From a virus, in the IMG/VR virus record IMGVR_UViG_3300045988_164158: a stretch of DNA of 51,657 nucleotides. One strand, given 5' to 3'. Position 1 is the stretch's first letter; every line of letters starts with the position of its first letter. Positions 8,816 through 17,087 of the stretch are shown here, one piece after another. Below the pieces are notes generated by a model. It was given only the letters and a program-made list of their open reading frames with translations. It searched no databases and was not told the DNA's origin. A program made the translations under genes and the position numbers.

Positions 8816-9230
8816 CCCCCAACCCCTCAAAATTCCAAAAACTAATATTGTCCTCGCATTCGTCTTTAAGTCCCCAAACCGGGAAATGACACCAAGTATT
8901 ATCTTTCAACATAATGGCAATAAATTCGTCATCATTACGAGGACGCGCTAATACCCTTGACGACGGACACCAGCCTATAATATCTTTTCGTATAAATTCC
9001 TTGTTAGTATCCAAGTCAAAGAAATTTTCACAATATCCCGCATTCCAATTTTCAAAGATAAACCGGTTGGCCGGAAGTTTCGGAATTGGTTTATTTTTCG
9101 GCGCTTTATTTGTTTTCATCGTTACCACTTCTCCGTTTTTAAGCTCACACAATAGGCACGCGCCTCTTTGTAAGACCGGGCAAAATTTGTCGCAGCCATG
9201 AGCCATCCCGTATTTATAACACTCGTTCAT
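8799..9230 (-). CDS. Cys-rich hypothetical protein
   Basis: ORF in the coupled minus-strand early block with many Cys/His (CDKFCPVLQRGACLLCE). Confidence 0.4.
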   Translation of the reverse strand: MNECYKYGMAHGCDKFCPVLQRGACLLCELKNGEVVTMKTNKAPKNKPIPKLPANRFIFENWNAGYCENFFDLDTNKEFIRKDIIGWCPSSRVLARPRNDDEFIAIMLKDNTWCHFPVWGLKDECEDNISFWNFEGLGDENTN

Positions 9231-9516
9231 CTGTCACCTCTTCAAAAACATTTCTTAAACCTTGGCAGCGTTGACCGTTGTTCCAATAATCCCGATAAGG
9301 GTCTTTAATAAATTTGCTGTCTTTCTTGGCTAAAACCGAATAATCAGGCGTTCCAATGTCCATATTGATACAATTAGTGTCCAGCTGTTCAAGCAGCTTA
9401 ACAAAATCTTTCTGCCACTCAACCGGCATTGATTGCAATATTGAGCGCGGCAACACCAAATATTTAGCATAACTTAAGCCAAACCAAGCATGAATTGGTG
9501 CATTTTCGTTATTCAT
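9214..9516 (-). CDS. hypothetical protein
   Basis: ORF. The ATG at 9516 overlaps the stop of the upstream small gene (ATGAATAA) with a GAGG Shine-Dalgarno. Confidence 0.4.
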   Translation of the reverse strand: MNNENAPIHAWFGLSYAKYLVLPRSILQSMPVEWQKDFVKLLEQLDTNCINMDIGTPDYSVLAKKDSKFIKDPYRDYWNNGQRCQGLRNVFEEVTDERVL

Positions 9517-9649
9517 CGACAACCTCCGCACAAACAAAAGTTTGGTCTGTGAAAAATTTTCTAAAAAGCTGATGTTCAGTAATAATTAAAATTGATATTA
9601 CTATTCCAGCAGCAATCCCAATGCAAAACCATGAAAATTTATCAATCAT
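9509..9649 (-). CDS. small membrane protein (46 aa), not in the ORF track
   Basis: GGAGG Shine-Dalgarno 6 nt upstream of the ATG at 9649. Hydrophobic core FSWFCIGIAAGIVISILII. Translationally coupled on both sides. Confidence 0.45.
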   Translation of the reverse strand: MIDKFSWFCIGIAAGIVISILIITEHQLFRKFFTDQTFVCAEVVDE

Positions 9650-9845
9650 CTAATTCCTCCCCGGCCTTTTTAATCGACTTAACAACCCCCTTGACAACGC
9701 TTGAAGTTCCTAAAGTTACGATTGATAGCATACCGTCTGTTTCGTCCTTCCGGTCGTCTGACAAGCTTGATAAATCTTTGCCAAGCTCACCTAAACACCT
9801 GATTGGTGTTGAAGCTAAAGTTACTAAACTCTTAAATATACTCAT
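9642..9845 (-). CDS. hypothetical protein
   Basis: ORF starting MSIFKSLV with a GGAG Shine-Dalgarno. ATGA overlap with the upstream DUF2829 gene. Confidence 0.35.
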   Translation of the reverse strand: MSIFKSLVTLASTPIRCLGELGKDLSSLSDDRKDETDGMLSIVTLGTSSVVKGVVKSIKKAGEELDD

Positions 9846-10033
9846 TCCACAATCTCCCAATCATCAGCCAAAAGATATTCATCTTTAATACCATAAATTG
9901 GCAATAAGTTCATTCCGTCGTTAACAAAAAATCTTTTAGTCCATGGTTCAAGCTCAAATGTGTTCGGGCTTAAAGATAGACAACGAACTTTCTTACCTTC
10001 TCGCATAGCTTTCAAAGCGTCTTCAAATTTCAT
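9842..10033 (-). CDS. DUF2829-family protein (Tad2-like, candidate anti-Thoeris sponge), copy 1
   Basis: MKFEDALKAMREGKKVRCL... ending LLADDWEIVE. This matches the remembered DUF2829 hallmark: N-terminal MxFxeAlxalKxGkkVaR and C-terminal LAEDWEvv. Confidence 0.5.
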   Translation of the reverse strand: MKFEDALKAMREGKKVRCLSLSPNTFELEPWTKRFFVNDGMNLLPIYGIKDEYLLADDWEIVE

Positions 10034-10034
10034 T

Positions 10035-10286
10035 TTACACTCTCCATGCAATATCTTTTATTATATCGTCGAGAAAATCTCTCTTACGGCAAAGCCTGTC
10101 GACATACTCTCCAAAACTTTCCCAATCGGAAACACATTTAGTCATCTCATTAGGAATAAATTCATTTCCTAATTGTGTTTTATATTTACCGTCAGAATCT
10201 AAATAAATAAAACAACGGGAACCCCATATTTTACGTCTAACTTTTTTCCCTTGTTTTAACAATTTTTCAGCACCCTTAAATTTCAT
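10035..10286 (-). CDS. DUF2829-family protein (Tad2-like), copy 2
   Basis: MKFKGAEKLLKQGKKVRRKIWGS...CVSDWES shares the N-terminal DUF2829 signature with the neighbouring gene. A GAGG Shine-Dalgarno precedes it. Confidence 0.45.
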   Translation of the reverse strand: MKFKGAEKLLKQGKKVRRKIWGSRCFIYLDSDGKYKTQLGNEFIPNEMTKCVSDWESFGEYVDRLCRKRDFLDDIIKDIAWRV

Positions 10287-10291
10287 CTCAA

Positions 10292-10456
10292 TTACCTCAT
10301 TATAAAATAAACAATACCTGAACAAGCCCACATTATAAGCAGAATTACGGTTACAATAGCCGTCTCAATCCCTGCAAAATTTCCCTCATCCTGATTTGCG
10401 ACATAGACAAACGAAACTATGCTAAATATGCCTAATATCCAAAAGTAATAACTCAT
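10292..10456 (-). CDS. small membrane protein (54 aa), not in the ORF track
   Basis: AAGGAG Shine-Dalgarno 8 nt before the ATG at 10456. Two hydrophobic segments. Confidence 0.45.
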   Translation of the reverse strand: MSYYFWILGIFSIVSFVYVANQDEGNFAGIETAIVTVILLIMWACSGIVYFIMR

Positions 10457-10468
10457 TACTTAAACTCC

Positions 10469-10639
10469 TTACATAAAACCTAGATATAAAAGAAAGACCA
10501 TCTCAATTAATGCTTCTAAAAATCCAAAACATTCAATTCTTTCTGCTAAAGTTCTCTTAATTGTCCAGCATGTTCCAGTAACTACATACCAAATATTTGC
10601 TAAAATAAAAAAACAAAGCGCAAGTAACAGTGTAATCAT
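10469..10639 (-). CDS. small membrane protein (56 aa), not in the ORF track
   Basis: GAGGAGG Shine-Dalgarno. The ATG overlaps the stop of the 10636..10950 gene (ATGA). Hydrophobic core LLLALCFFILANIWYVV. Confidence 0.45.
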   Translation of the reverse strand: MITLLLALCFFILANIWYVVTGTCWTIKRTLAERIECFGFLEALIEMVFLLYLGFM

Positions 10640-10950
10640 TCCTCCTCACTTTCGTCGTTTAAAGCTTTTCTTGCGTGCTGTATTGCTTCATCGGCGGTTT
10701 TACAAAATCCGCAAGCTATGTAGTTCAAATCATTAAAAAGTTCCATATTTCTGCCCTTAAGCCGGTCAATCTCTGCTTGCTGTTCTTCTATCTTTAATTT
10801 TCTGTTATAAGAAAGCTTAAACATTTCATTAGCTCTTTTACTTTTTTCTAAAATAATTTCATTCTTACTTTTTATCAGGATTTCAAGACTTTTTATAATT
10901 TCTTTCTGTTCATCACATAAGATTTCACACATCAAATATTTCATTCCCAT
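10636..10950 (-). CDS. coiled-coil hypothetical protein
   Basis: ORF containing KIEEQQAEIDRLK, paralogous to the motif in the next gene. Confidence 0.4.
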   Translation of the reverse strand: MGMKYLMCEILCDEQKEIIKSLEILIKSKNEIILEKSKRANEMFKLSYNRKLKIEEQQAEIDRLKGRNMELFNDLNYIACGFCKTADEAIQHARKALNDESEEE

Positions 10951-11132
10951 CCTGCAATCTCCAAAAGTTTACTCTCATCTTCTGTTTTGAAAAACAAATC
11001 AACGGCTTGTTTCGCAAATTCGATTCTTTGTTTTAGTTGTTTAATTTCGAATTGCTGTTCTTCTATCTTTTCTTTTAAATTTTTAATCTTTGAACAAGCA
11101 TATAAGTTTGTGCAATTCCTTCTACTCATCAT
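10941..11132 (-). CDS. coiled-coil hypothetical protein (paralogous motif KIEEQQFEIKQLK)
   Basis: ORF with a motif shared with the 10636..10950 gene. Confidence 0.35.
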   Translation of the reverse strand: MMSRRNCTNLYACSKIKNLKEKIEEQQFEIKQLKQRIEFAKQAVDLFFKTEDESKLLEIAGWE

Positions 11133-11551
11133 TCCACCTCGAACAAATCATCAATATTTGCTTTGCTTTTCCCAAGATATTTAAACTTATTTGACATAGG
11201 GCTTTTTGCATCTATCAACCTTATGTTTTTAGTTTCTTTGCTGTAAGCAACAAAATCATTGCTTGTGGGGTTAAAGTCTAGAATAATGAATTTTATGTTA
11301 CTTTCCTCTTTCAACCACACATCCCTAATCTCTGGTTTTTCTTTACTCATTTTGTTAACTCCCAACAAATTAACGATAATATTCTTCATTTGTTCATATG
11401 AACGGTTTGCGGCAATAAACTCGCCACCATCTTTTGTAATTTTTCCGCTCTTATAAAAAACAAAATCCTCGATTACAAAAGCATTTTTTACCATAGCAAA
11501 ATGTTCGCATTCAAAATTTTTGGCAAAATTTAAAAGTTCCTCCCAAATCAT
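11129..11551 (-). CDS. hypothetical protein sharing a C-terminal KFKYLGKSKANIDDLFE motif with the 12861..13091 gene
   Basis: ORF. Paralogous C-terminal tail. Confidence 0.4.
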   Translation of the reverse strand: MIWEELLNFAKNFECEHFAMVKNAFVIEDFVFYKSGKITKDGGEFIAANRSYEQMKNIIVNLLGVNKMSKEKPEIRDVWLKEESNIKFIILDFNPTSNDFVAYSKETKNIRLIDAKSPMSNKFKYLGKSKANIDDLFEVE

Positions 11552-11667
11552 TGCTTAAGCCTCTCAATATCAAAATACCAAATATTCCAACCGGCAAAAA
11601 CTATTGCCGGAATCCCGATAATCAAGCCGATTGTCCATAATACCCAAACTGGAATAGAAAAAATCAT
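11548..11667 (-). CDS. small membrane protein (39 aa), not in the ORF track
   Basis: MIFSIPVWVLWTIGLIIGIPAIVFAGW. Its stop overlaps the ATG of the downstream gene (ATGA). Confidence 0.35.
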   Translation of the reverse strand: MIFSIPVWVLWTIGLIIGIPAIVFAGWNIWYFDIERLKQ

Positions 11668-11682
11668 CTTACACCTACTTTC

Positions 11683-11820
11683 TTACCCTAAATTTCTTTT
11701 TGCCCTTCCACACTTATTGCATATTTTGCAAAACTTACTATCTAGCCTCATCAAATCCGCGCAGCGCGAGCACCAGCGCACGTTGCAAAAACCTAGCCAA
11801 CAAAGCAACCGTCTAATCAT
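11683..11820 (-). CDS. small zinc-ribbon protein (45 aa), not in the ORF track
   Basis: GGGAGG Shine-Dalgarno before the ATG at 11820. Paired CxxC motifs (CSRC ... CKICNKC). Confidence 0.4.
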   Translation of the reverse strand: MIRRLLCWLGFCNVRWCSRCADLMRLDSKFCKICNKCGRAKRNLG

Positions 11821-12014
11821 CTTAAAGTCCTCCCAAACAAATACGCAGCAAAAAAGAACATGACGGTAGTAAGGATGTCTGACAGGTTTTCTCCAATTTC
11901 AATCATTGTTTTTTTCCTTTTGCATTTGTTCCGTTTCCGCGATAATCAGCATCGGGTAATTTTTATGCAGACAATTAAAAATTTTACTCAATGCCTACTT
12001 CTGGCGAATGTTTT

Positions 12015-12437
12015 TCAGTCATTCTCTTTTTCCTCTTCTTCCCATTGTTTCATAATTTTCAATGAATCCCCTATTAAGAACTGTTTTTCAAACACCTCAT
12101 CAAAAGGTAAATCTGTCCAACCATAATAAGCGAAAATATCTTTAACTCGTTGTCTACACTCCATCATGTTGTCCTCTAAGAGCTCTATACACCAAAGGCT
12201 TCTTAACGCTATTTCGGCTTTTGCTCGGTCATTTTTGCATCGGTTTAGCTTACGTCTATATATTTCAACAACAAAATTGCCAGTACCACAGGTTGGCTCG
12301 AGAAAAGTTTTACCAACGTCAGAAAAAGCATCTGATTCTTTTTCTAATTCGTCAAGCATTTCATTTACAACCCAGATAGGCGTAAACACTTCACCGAAAT
12401 CCTTAACCCTTTGTTTTGATTTTATTAATTTAGCCAT
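12015..12437 (-). CDS. orphan N-terminal fragment of a gamma-class N6-adenine DNA methyltransferase (motif X/I only, no NPPY/NPPF)
   Basis: FGEVFTPIWVVNEMLDEL and FLEPTCGTGNFVVE match the Eco57I/TaqI/PglX-type SAM-binding N-terminus. The protein ends after 140 aa without a catalytic motif IV. Confidence 0.45.
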   Translation of the reverse strand: MAKLIKSKQRVKDFGEVFTPIWVVNEMLDELEKESDAFSDVGKTFLEPTCGTGNFVVEIYRRKLNRCKNDRAKAEIALRSLWCIELLEDNMMECRQRVKDIFAYYGWTDLPFDEVFEKQFLIGDSLKIMKQWEEEEKEND

Positions 12438-12864
12438 AGATTAAATCCCATTTATTACCAAACAACGAAACTTTTTTAGAGTGTCCATTTCTATATCTTT
12501 GGATAGCTCTTCTGTATTGTTGATATGTTTCACACAGCTCACGAAAGGATTTGCCATTATAAAAATGAATGGCTCTTGCTCTACCTTTATTGATAGGGGT
12601 TAAACTTTCATCTACTGTTTTGTTATAGTTTTTAATTCTCCAGAGACAAGCTCTATATTCAGAAATAGTATTACATTTCTTAATTAAAGGGACACCATCT
12701 GAACACAATAAATAACTCTTATTCATTTTAGGTGTGGTCATAGCTTGTTCAATAGACATCTTTTTGTTTTTTATTCTTTTTACAACTGTGTCATAATTAA
12801 GGTTATGTTCTTTACAGTATTTTCTTAAGGTCGTTCCTTTATAGAGATATTTTAATTTCATCAT
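12430..12864 (-). CDS. DNA-binding protein with two NUMOD/HTH-like repeats
   Basis: Two repeats, KGTTLRKYCKEHNLNYDTVVKRIKN and NGKSFRELCETYQQYRRAIQRYRNGHS, resemble homing-endonuclease-associated HTH modules. Confidence 0.35.
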   Translation of the reverse strand: MMKLKYLYKGTTLRKYCKEHNLNYDTVVKRIKNKKMSIEQAMTTPKMNKSYLLCSDGVPLIKKCNTISEYRACLWRIKNYNKTVDESLTPINKGRARAIHFYNGKSFRELCETYQQYRRAIQRYRNGHSKKVSLFGNKWDLIYG

Positions 12865-13091
12865 TCCCCCGTTTCAAATAAATCTTTAATACTGGCTTTG
12901 CTCTTGCCGAGGTATTTAAACATTTTAATAAAATGTCTTTCTCTGGCGGAATCTTCAAATATTGTGTTATTGCTATTATCGATAAAAACTATTGCTCTTG
13001 TACCGTCTGATAATGTAAATATACGGCTAATATGCACCGGACCTTTTGAGTCTTCCCACACATCGCCGATTTCTGGTTTTAATGCACTCAT
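12861..13091 (-). CDS. hypothetical protein (C-terminal FKYLGKSKASIKDLFE paralog)
   Basis: ORF. Tail motif shared with the 11129..11551 gene. Confidence 0.4.
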   Translation of the reverse strand: MSALKPEIGDVWEDSKGPVHISRIFTLSDGTRAIVFIDNSNNTIFEDSARERHFIKMFKYLGKSKASIKDLFETGE

Positions 13092-13252
13092 TTTGTTAGC
13101 TCCTTAATCTCAACATCATACCAACCCTCATCTTCGGCTTCAGCTTGTGCTTGCCAAGCCTCGAGGTATGTTTCGGCTTTAGCATAAATAGCAAGTTCCA
13201 TTTCATCGCAATACCTGCCAACAATTTTATATTTTTTTTCATCCAAAGTCAT
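13088..13252 (-). CDS. small acidic protein (54 aa), not in the ORF track
   Basis: GAGGTG Shine-Dalgarno. ATGA overlaps with both neighbours. Confidence 0.35.
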   Translation of the reverse strand: MTLDEKKYKIVGRYCDEMELAIYAKAETYLEAWQAQAEAEDEGWYDVEIKELTK

Positions 13253-13776
13253 TTCAGCACCTCTTTTATTCTGGTTAAAAGCAAAGTCGCTTCATCTGCG
13301 TTTTTAGTGAAATATGTATCACCGTCTGATAAATATTCTTTGCACTCTTTCAGCAACTGGCGGAGCTGTTTGTTTTTCTCCGTGGCTGCCTTTCCCTCAT
13401 TAAGCAGCTTTCCAATTATCATGTCCCCTTTGTCGACTTCTCTTTTAAGTCGTATAATCTCTTGATAAACTGCCTCATAATCCCCGAACTCATCAACCAA
13501 GGCTTGACCGTGCGCTATGTCTACCGCCTGCTTACTTTCCAACAATTTGTAGTTATTGGTTAGATTTTCGACATCTTTTTCAAGTCCTTTGACCTTTTCG
13601 GTAAGTTCAACAAAATGGTCGAAATCGCACGGTGCTAAAACTTCCGTAACCTTAAGTGCATAATCGTCAAAATCATCATCAAAACAAAGTGCGGGAAACA
13701 CGGCGTCATTTTCATAAAGACAGAAATACCACCCATTTTTAAGTTTTCCATCTTTCCAGTCATCCGTTAAGCTCAT
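13249..13776 (-). CDS. coiled-coil hypothetical protein
   Basis: ORF. The ATG at 13776 has a GAGGAG Shine-Dalgarno. The track start at 13791 is a TTG. Confidence 0.4.
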   Translation of the reverse strand: MSLTDDWKDGKLKNGWYFCLYENDAVFPALCFDDDFDDYALKVTEVLAPCDFDHFVELTEKVKGLEKDVENLTNNYKLLESKQAVDIAHGQALVDEFGDYEAVYQEIIRLKREVDKGDMIIGKLLNEGKAATEKNKQLRQLLKECKEYLSDGDTYFTKNADEATLLLTRIKEVLK

Positions 13777-14065
13777 CGCCCATCTCCTCAATTTTCATTT
13801 CAGAAAAGACTTCCGGCTCTATGTCGCTAATTCCACCCATCGTTTCCATATACTCTTCTTTTTTTTCGGCACACATTTCATTTAAGTACACCCACTTTTT
13901 ACACCAATTTTGTAAATGTGTTTTTCTTGGATATGCTTTAGATGAGGAAAATCCAAAATAATAAACATATCCCTTAAAATAAAAACCGATATGATTTTGG
14001 TCGCCTAAAATATAGCCATTAACTTTCGGCGCATCCGTATTGTCGTGAATTTTCATTTTTTTCAT
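13760..14065 (-). CDS. hypothetical protein
   Basis: ORF in the coupled block. Confidence 0.35.
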   Translation of the reverse strand: MKKMKIHDNTDAPKVNGYILGDQNHIGFYFKGYVYYFGFSSSKAYPRKTHLQNWCKKWVYLNEMCAEKKEEYMETMGGISDIEPEVFSEMKIEEMGDELNG

Positions 14066-14090
14066 CCTAAAATAGTTAAAGAGTTAAAAA

Positions 14091-14456
14091 TTACAAAGCT
14101 AGCACCGGGCGAACGTAGTAACCGTAGTCCTTATAGTCCCAGCCCAAACCGCAACTGCTGGAAAAGGTAGAGAGCCACGCGTAGCCGTAATAGTACTCCG
14201 ACGAAGACCAATACCAGTCTCTTTTAAGCGGCTCCCCGCCGGCGCGAATTAACGCTTTGTTTACAGCGTCTAAATTTTCAGCAATCGCCATCCATTCTTC
14301 CTTGCTCGGAATGCCTACTTTGACGGCGTCATACCAATTCATTTGTTTTTGCTCGTCGCGCAATCCCAGCACAATCGCCCGGCCGTTTATTTGGGCGGCG
14401 CGGACGCCGATTGGGCGTCCGTTCTTTTTAACAATCATAACTCTGAATTTTTTCAT
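14091..14456 (-). CDS. DUF1566 (Lcl C-terminal-like) domain protein, paralog A
   Basis: ...DWYWSSSEY..AW..F..G....YVRPV fits the DUF1566 signature. Locally GC-rich DNA. Shares near-identical DNA stretches with the 16006..16371 gene. Confidence 0.45.
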   Translation of the reverse strand: MKKFRVMIVKKNGRPIGVRAAQINGRAIVLGLRDEQKQMNWYDAVKVGIPSKEEWMAIAENLDAVNKALIRAGGEPLKRDWYWSSSEYYYGYAWLSTFSSSCGLGWDYKDYGYYVRPVLAL

Positions 14457-14474
14457 GTTGACCTCATTTGTATT

Positions 14475-14705
14475 CTATTTTATTAAATTTTCCAAAATTA
14501 TTTTCATTTGCTCCGGGGTACGATTAACCGCTATACAGGGAATTACAAGATTACCGTCAATATCGTAAGTATCTACATGCAGATAAATATCCCCTGTATC
14601 AAAAAATTCTAAATCATTTGCGATAATACAATAATTGTCATATATTTCTACACCATCAATTTCTTTGGCCCATTCAACCAACTCAAACCATGTGATAGTA
14701 GGCAT
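14475..14705 (-). CDS. hypothetical protein
   Basis: ORF. Confidence 0.35.
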   Translation of the reverse strand: MPTITWFELVEWAKEIDGVEIYDNYCIIANDLEFFDTGDIYLHVDTYDIDGNLVIPCIAVNRTPEQMKIILENLIK

Positions 14706-14738
14706 AAAACTAAATTATCATTATAGTCCGGCGTGTTG

Positions 14739-15224
14739 TTACTCATCTTTCAATCCTTTCAATTTATCAGACCAGTGTTTTATTAGTTTTAAGTCTTCTT
14801 CTCGCTGCTTGCTACTATAATACATGTCATTTTCGCATTCGTGCATATACTCTTGATTTACAGCCCACTGAAAACCGTTTAATACATCCTCCAAACTTTC
14901 GACTATCGCGCCGCCGGCAGTTTTATAATGCGGTTTCCCTTTAAGAATATTTGTAATTATAACAGGACTCACGCCTAAAAATTTTGCAGCATCGGAAGCG
15001 GTTTTAAAAACCTCTGTTTTACCGTTCTGCAAGTGTAATAGTACCCCGTTTGTCTGTGTAATAGTACTTGCGTCAACAAGTAAAGGTAGTAAACCAGCTT
15101 TAAAAGTTTCATGCGTTGTAAGTGTGATAGTATCACCAAGAGAAAGTTTAATACATTTCAAATTTTTAGTTACCATTCGAGTTTTAAACCCGTTCGCGTG
15201 CGTAATGGTACAGCTGTAAAACAT
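14739..15224 (-). CDS. NUMOD1-like DNA-binding protein (no nuclease domain evident)
   Basis: KTEVFKTASDAAKFLGVSPVIITNILKGKPHYKTAGG matches the NUMOD1 pattern. Start at the MFYSC ATG, with an AAAGGA Shine-Dalgarno 9 nt upstream. Confidence 0.4.
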   Translation of the reverse strand: MFYSCTITHANGFKTRMVTKNLKCIKLSLGDTITLTTHETFKAGLLPLLVDASTITQTNGVLLHLQNGKTEVFKTASDAAKFLGVSPVIITNILKGKPHYKTAGGAIVESLEDVLNGFQWAVNQEYMHECENDMYYSSKQREEDLKLIKHWSDKLKGLKDE

Positions 15225-15238
15225 TTTACACATCCTTT

Positions 15239-15814
15239 TTATTTGTGAAGTTTAACCGTAAAGCCGAAACTTTCAGCTTCCAATAAGTTTTTTGTTGTAA
15301 ATAAAATATTGCCGAAATCGTCTAAAACATCCCAGTCAGTTGTTTTAATATCCCCCGGTTTTAAATTTAAAGGCTGTAATAATGCCGCCTTTTTTTTATC
15401 ACGACTTTCTAATAAAATAGCGTTGTCAGCTCTTGACGGAATTAAAAGCCGTGAATCATTCCCGATAAAATTTAAAGCAATTTTAAAATAACTTTCCTTA
15501 ATTAAAAAATTGTCAATCTGTGCGAGGCCGGCTGTATATTTTATTCTATCAAGCTGCCAAAGTCGCCGAACGTCTTCTTTTGCCAAATTATATACAATTT
15601 TCCAATCGGCGAGAGGTTTTAAGTCGGTCGGAGCAGGCACGGGCATTTGAAGACGCCAGCAAAGCGAAAGTTGACCGCCGCCGCTGTCATCAATAAGCAT
15701 AATCATCCCGTCAGACGCTATATATTTCCCGTCTGTATCTTGATAAACATATTGTAGCGCCGGCCTGTCCATTAAACGACTTGTCACTTTGTCAAGCTCG
15801 CACGAGTAAAACAT
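15239..15814 (-). CDS. hypothetical protein (N-terminus MFYSC paralogous to the 14739..15224 gene)
   Basis: ORF. The internal ATG at 15814 has an AAAGGA Shine-Dalgarno, and its leader is similar to that of the neighbouring gene. Confidence 0.4.
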   Translation of the reverse strand: MFYSCELDKVTSRLMDRPALQYVYQDTDGKYIASDGMIMLIDDSGGGQLSLCWRLQMPVPAPTDLKPLADWKIVYNLAKEDVRRLWQLDRIKYTAGLAQIDNFLIKESYFKIALNFIGNDSRLLIPSRADNAILLESRDKKKAALLQPLNLKPGDIKTTDWDVLDDFGNILFTTKNLLEAESFGFTVKLHK

Positions 15815-15816
15815 TT

Positions 15817-15981
15817 TTAATAATCCTTTAAAATTGTTAAACATTCCGTCTTTGACAAATCTTTTAAACAAATAAAATATTCTGTTTCAGCCTCATAATA
15901 AGCATTTTGCCGATGAAAGCCGCTATTTGCGGCGATAAGAATCGCCGCAAATATTAAAACCGTTGTAAAATATTTAAACAT
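15817..15981 (-). CDS. small secreted/membrane protein (54 aa) with N-terminal hydrophobic signal-like segment, not in the ORF track
   Basis: AAGGA Shine-Dalgarno. MFKYFTTVLIFAAILIAANSG... Confidence 0.35.
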   Translation of the reverse strand: MFKYFTTVLIFAAILIAANSGFHRQNAYYEAETEYFICLKDLSKTECLTILKDY

Positions 15982-16005
15982 TTTGGTTATTTCCTTACGT
16001 AACCA

Positions 16006-16371
16006 TTAAAAATTTACAATTACGCGGACATTATGTCTAAACGGTTTTTCATCAAAATTTAAACCGGATATTCTGTTAAAATCATAATAAAGCGCGTAAT
16101 CGTGCCTGGCTTCCGACGCCGACCAATAACAGTCTCTTTTAAGCGGCTCCCCGCCTGCCTGCTCGCATGCGTCATTGATAGCGTCAAAATTTTCACTAAT
16201 CGCAAACCATTCTTCAATTGACGGGATTGCTTGATATGAAGCGCTAAACCAATTCATCCGCTCCGGCTCATCTTGAAGCGCAAGGGTAATTATCCGGCCG
16301 TTTATTTGGGCGGCACGGACGCCTACCGGTTTGCCGTTTCTTTTAACAATTTCAACTTTAAATTTTGTCAT
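16006..16371 (-). CDS. DUF1566-like domain protein, paralog B
   Basis: ...CYWSASEARHDYALYYDF...VRVIV. DNA stretches (CCGGCCGTTTATTTGGGCGGC.CGGACGCC and TCTCTTTTAAGCGGCTCCCCGCC) are nearly identical to paralog A. Start at MTKFKV with an AAGGGG Shine-Dalgarno. Confidence 0.45.
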   Translation of the reverse strand: MTKFKVEIVKRNGKPVGVRAAQINGRIITLALQDEPERMNWFSASYQAIPSIEEWFAISENFDAINDACEQAGGEPLKRDCYWSASEARHDYALYYDFNRISGLNFDEKPFRHNVRVIVNF

Positions 16372-16375
16372 CTCA

Positions 16376-16567
16376 TTACCCCTTAAAATTAATTTCAGCA
16401 CCGTCGACACAATCAACAGCTTCGCGCAGATATCCCGGCAAACCGTCAACCATGTCGCAAACCCATTGATTGTTATATCCGTAAATTTGGAAACTTATTG
16501 AATCTTTCCCGGAATTTATGGCTTTTTCAACCATACTTTTAAAATCACTTGAATCAATTTTTTTCAT
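16376..16567 (-). CDS. hypothetical protein, first gene downstream of early promoter copy 1
   Basis: ORF. The ATG at 16567 is preceded by the conserved leader and an AAAAGGA Shine-Dalgarno. Confidence 0.45.
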   Translation of the reverse strand: MKKIDSSDFKSMVEKAINSGKDSISFQIYGYNNQWVCDMVDGLPGYLREAVDCVDGAEINFKG

Positions 16568-16627
16568 GTTCGAATCCTTTTCTTGTGTTTATACTTAATA
16601 TATAACATAAATTATTAAAATTGTCAA
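16568..16627 (-). promoter_or_regulatory. early sigma70-type promoter copy 1 (TTGACA-17-TATATA) plus conserved 5' leader
   Basis: On the minus strand: TTGACA (plus 16622-16627), a 17-nt spacer, then TATATA (16599-16604). The leader TAAGTATAAACACAAGAAAAGGATTCGAAC is near-identical to the copy at 17895-17955. Confidence 0.6.
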
Positions 16628-16648
16628 TAGGCTTTTTAATGATTTATG

Positions 16649-16951
16649 TTAAAAACTCCACGGTCCTTTGATGATTTTACTGTTGCCCGTGCCGGGTTTG
16701 TACCAGACAAAACCCCCACCCGCCGCGCCTTGTCTCCATTTTGTGCAGCTTAATTGATTGTCAATAAATATTTTACCATCCGGCCGCAATTCTACAACAT
16801 CAGCGTCCCAAAAATTTTTTATTTTGTCAGCCAAGTCTTGCAGCGTCGACGCCGTGTCATTTACTTCTTCGCGCTGTAATTCAATTTCATAAGCTGTTTT
16901 TAGCTCCGTGATGTCTCGATTCGTAAGTTTTGCACGATTTAAAATTTGCAT
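16649..16951 (-). CDS. hypothetical protein
   Basis: ORF. Confidence 0.4.
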   Translation of the reverse strand: MQILNRAKLTNRDITELKTAYEIELQREEVNDTASTLQDLADKIKNFWDADVVELRPDGKIFIDNQLSCTKWRQGAAGGGFVWYKPGTGNSKIIKGPWSF

Positions 16952-16955
16952 GGCG

Positions 16956-17087
16956 TTAACTTCTGATACTTTTAATATAAGCGCGCGCCGCTGTCGTCGC
17001 TTTGGACTCTGGTGTTTGACTGTTTGACTGTTTGAAGTTTTGAAAGCGGTTGAAAGCGTCCGCGGCTTTGTAACTAATATCTTTCAT
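16956..17087 (-). CDS. small protein (43 aa), not in the ORF track
   Basis: GGAGGA Shine-Dalgarno 8 nt before the ATG. Its stop overlaps the start of the 16649..16951 gene. Confidence 0.3.
   Translation of the reverse strand: MKDISYKAADAFNRFQNFKQSNSQTPESKATTAARAYIKSIRS

Noticed and set aside
11860-12444. Plus-strand track ORFs 11860..12126 and 12166..12444
   Set aside because: They are antisense to the methyltransferase-fragment gene and the coupled minus-strand block, with no Shine-Dalgarno.
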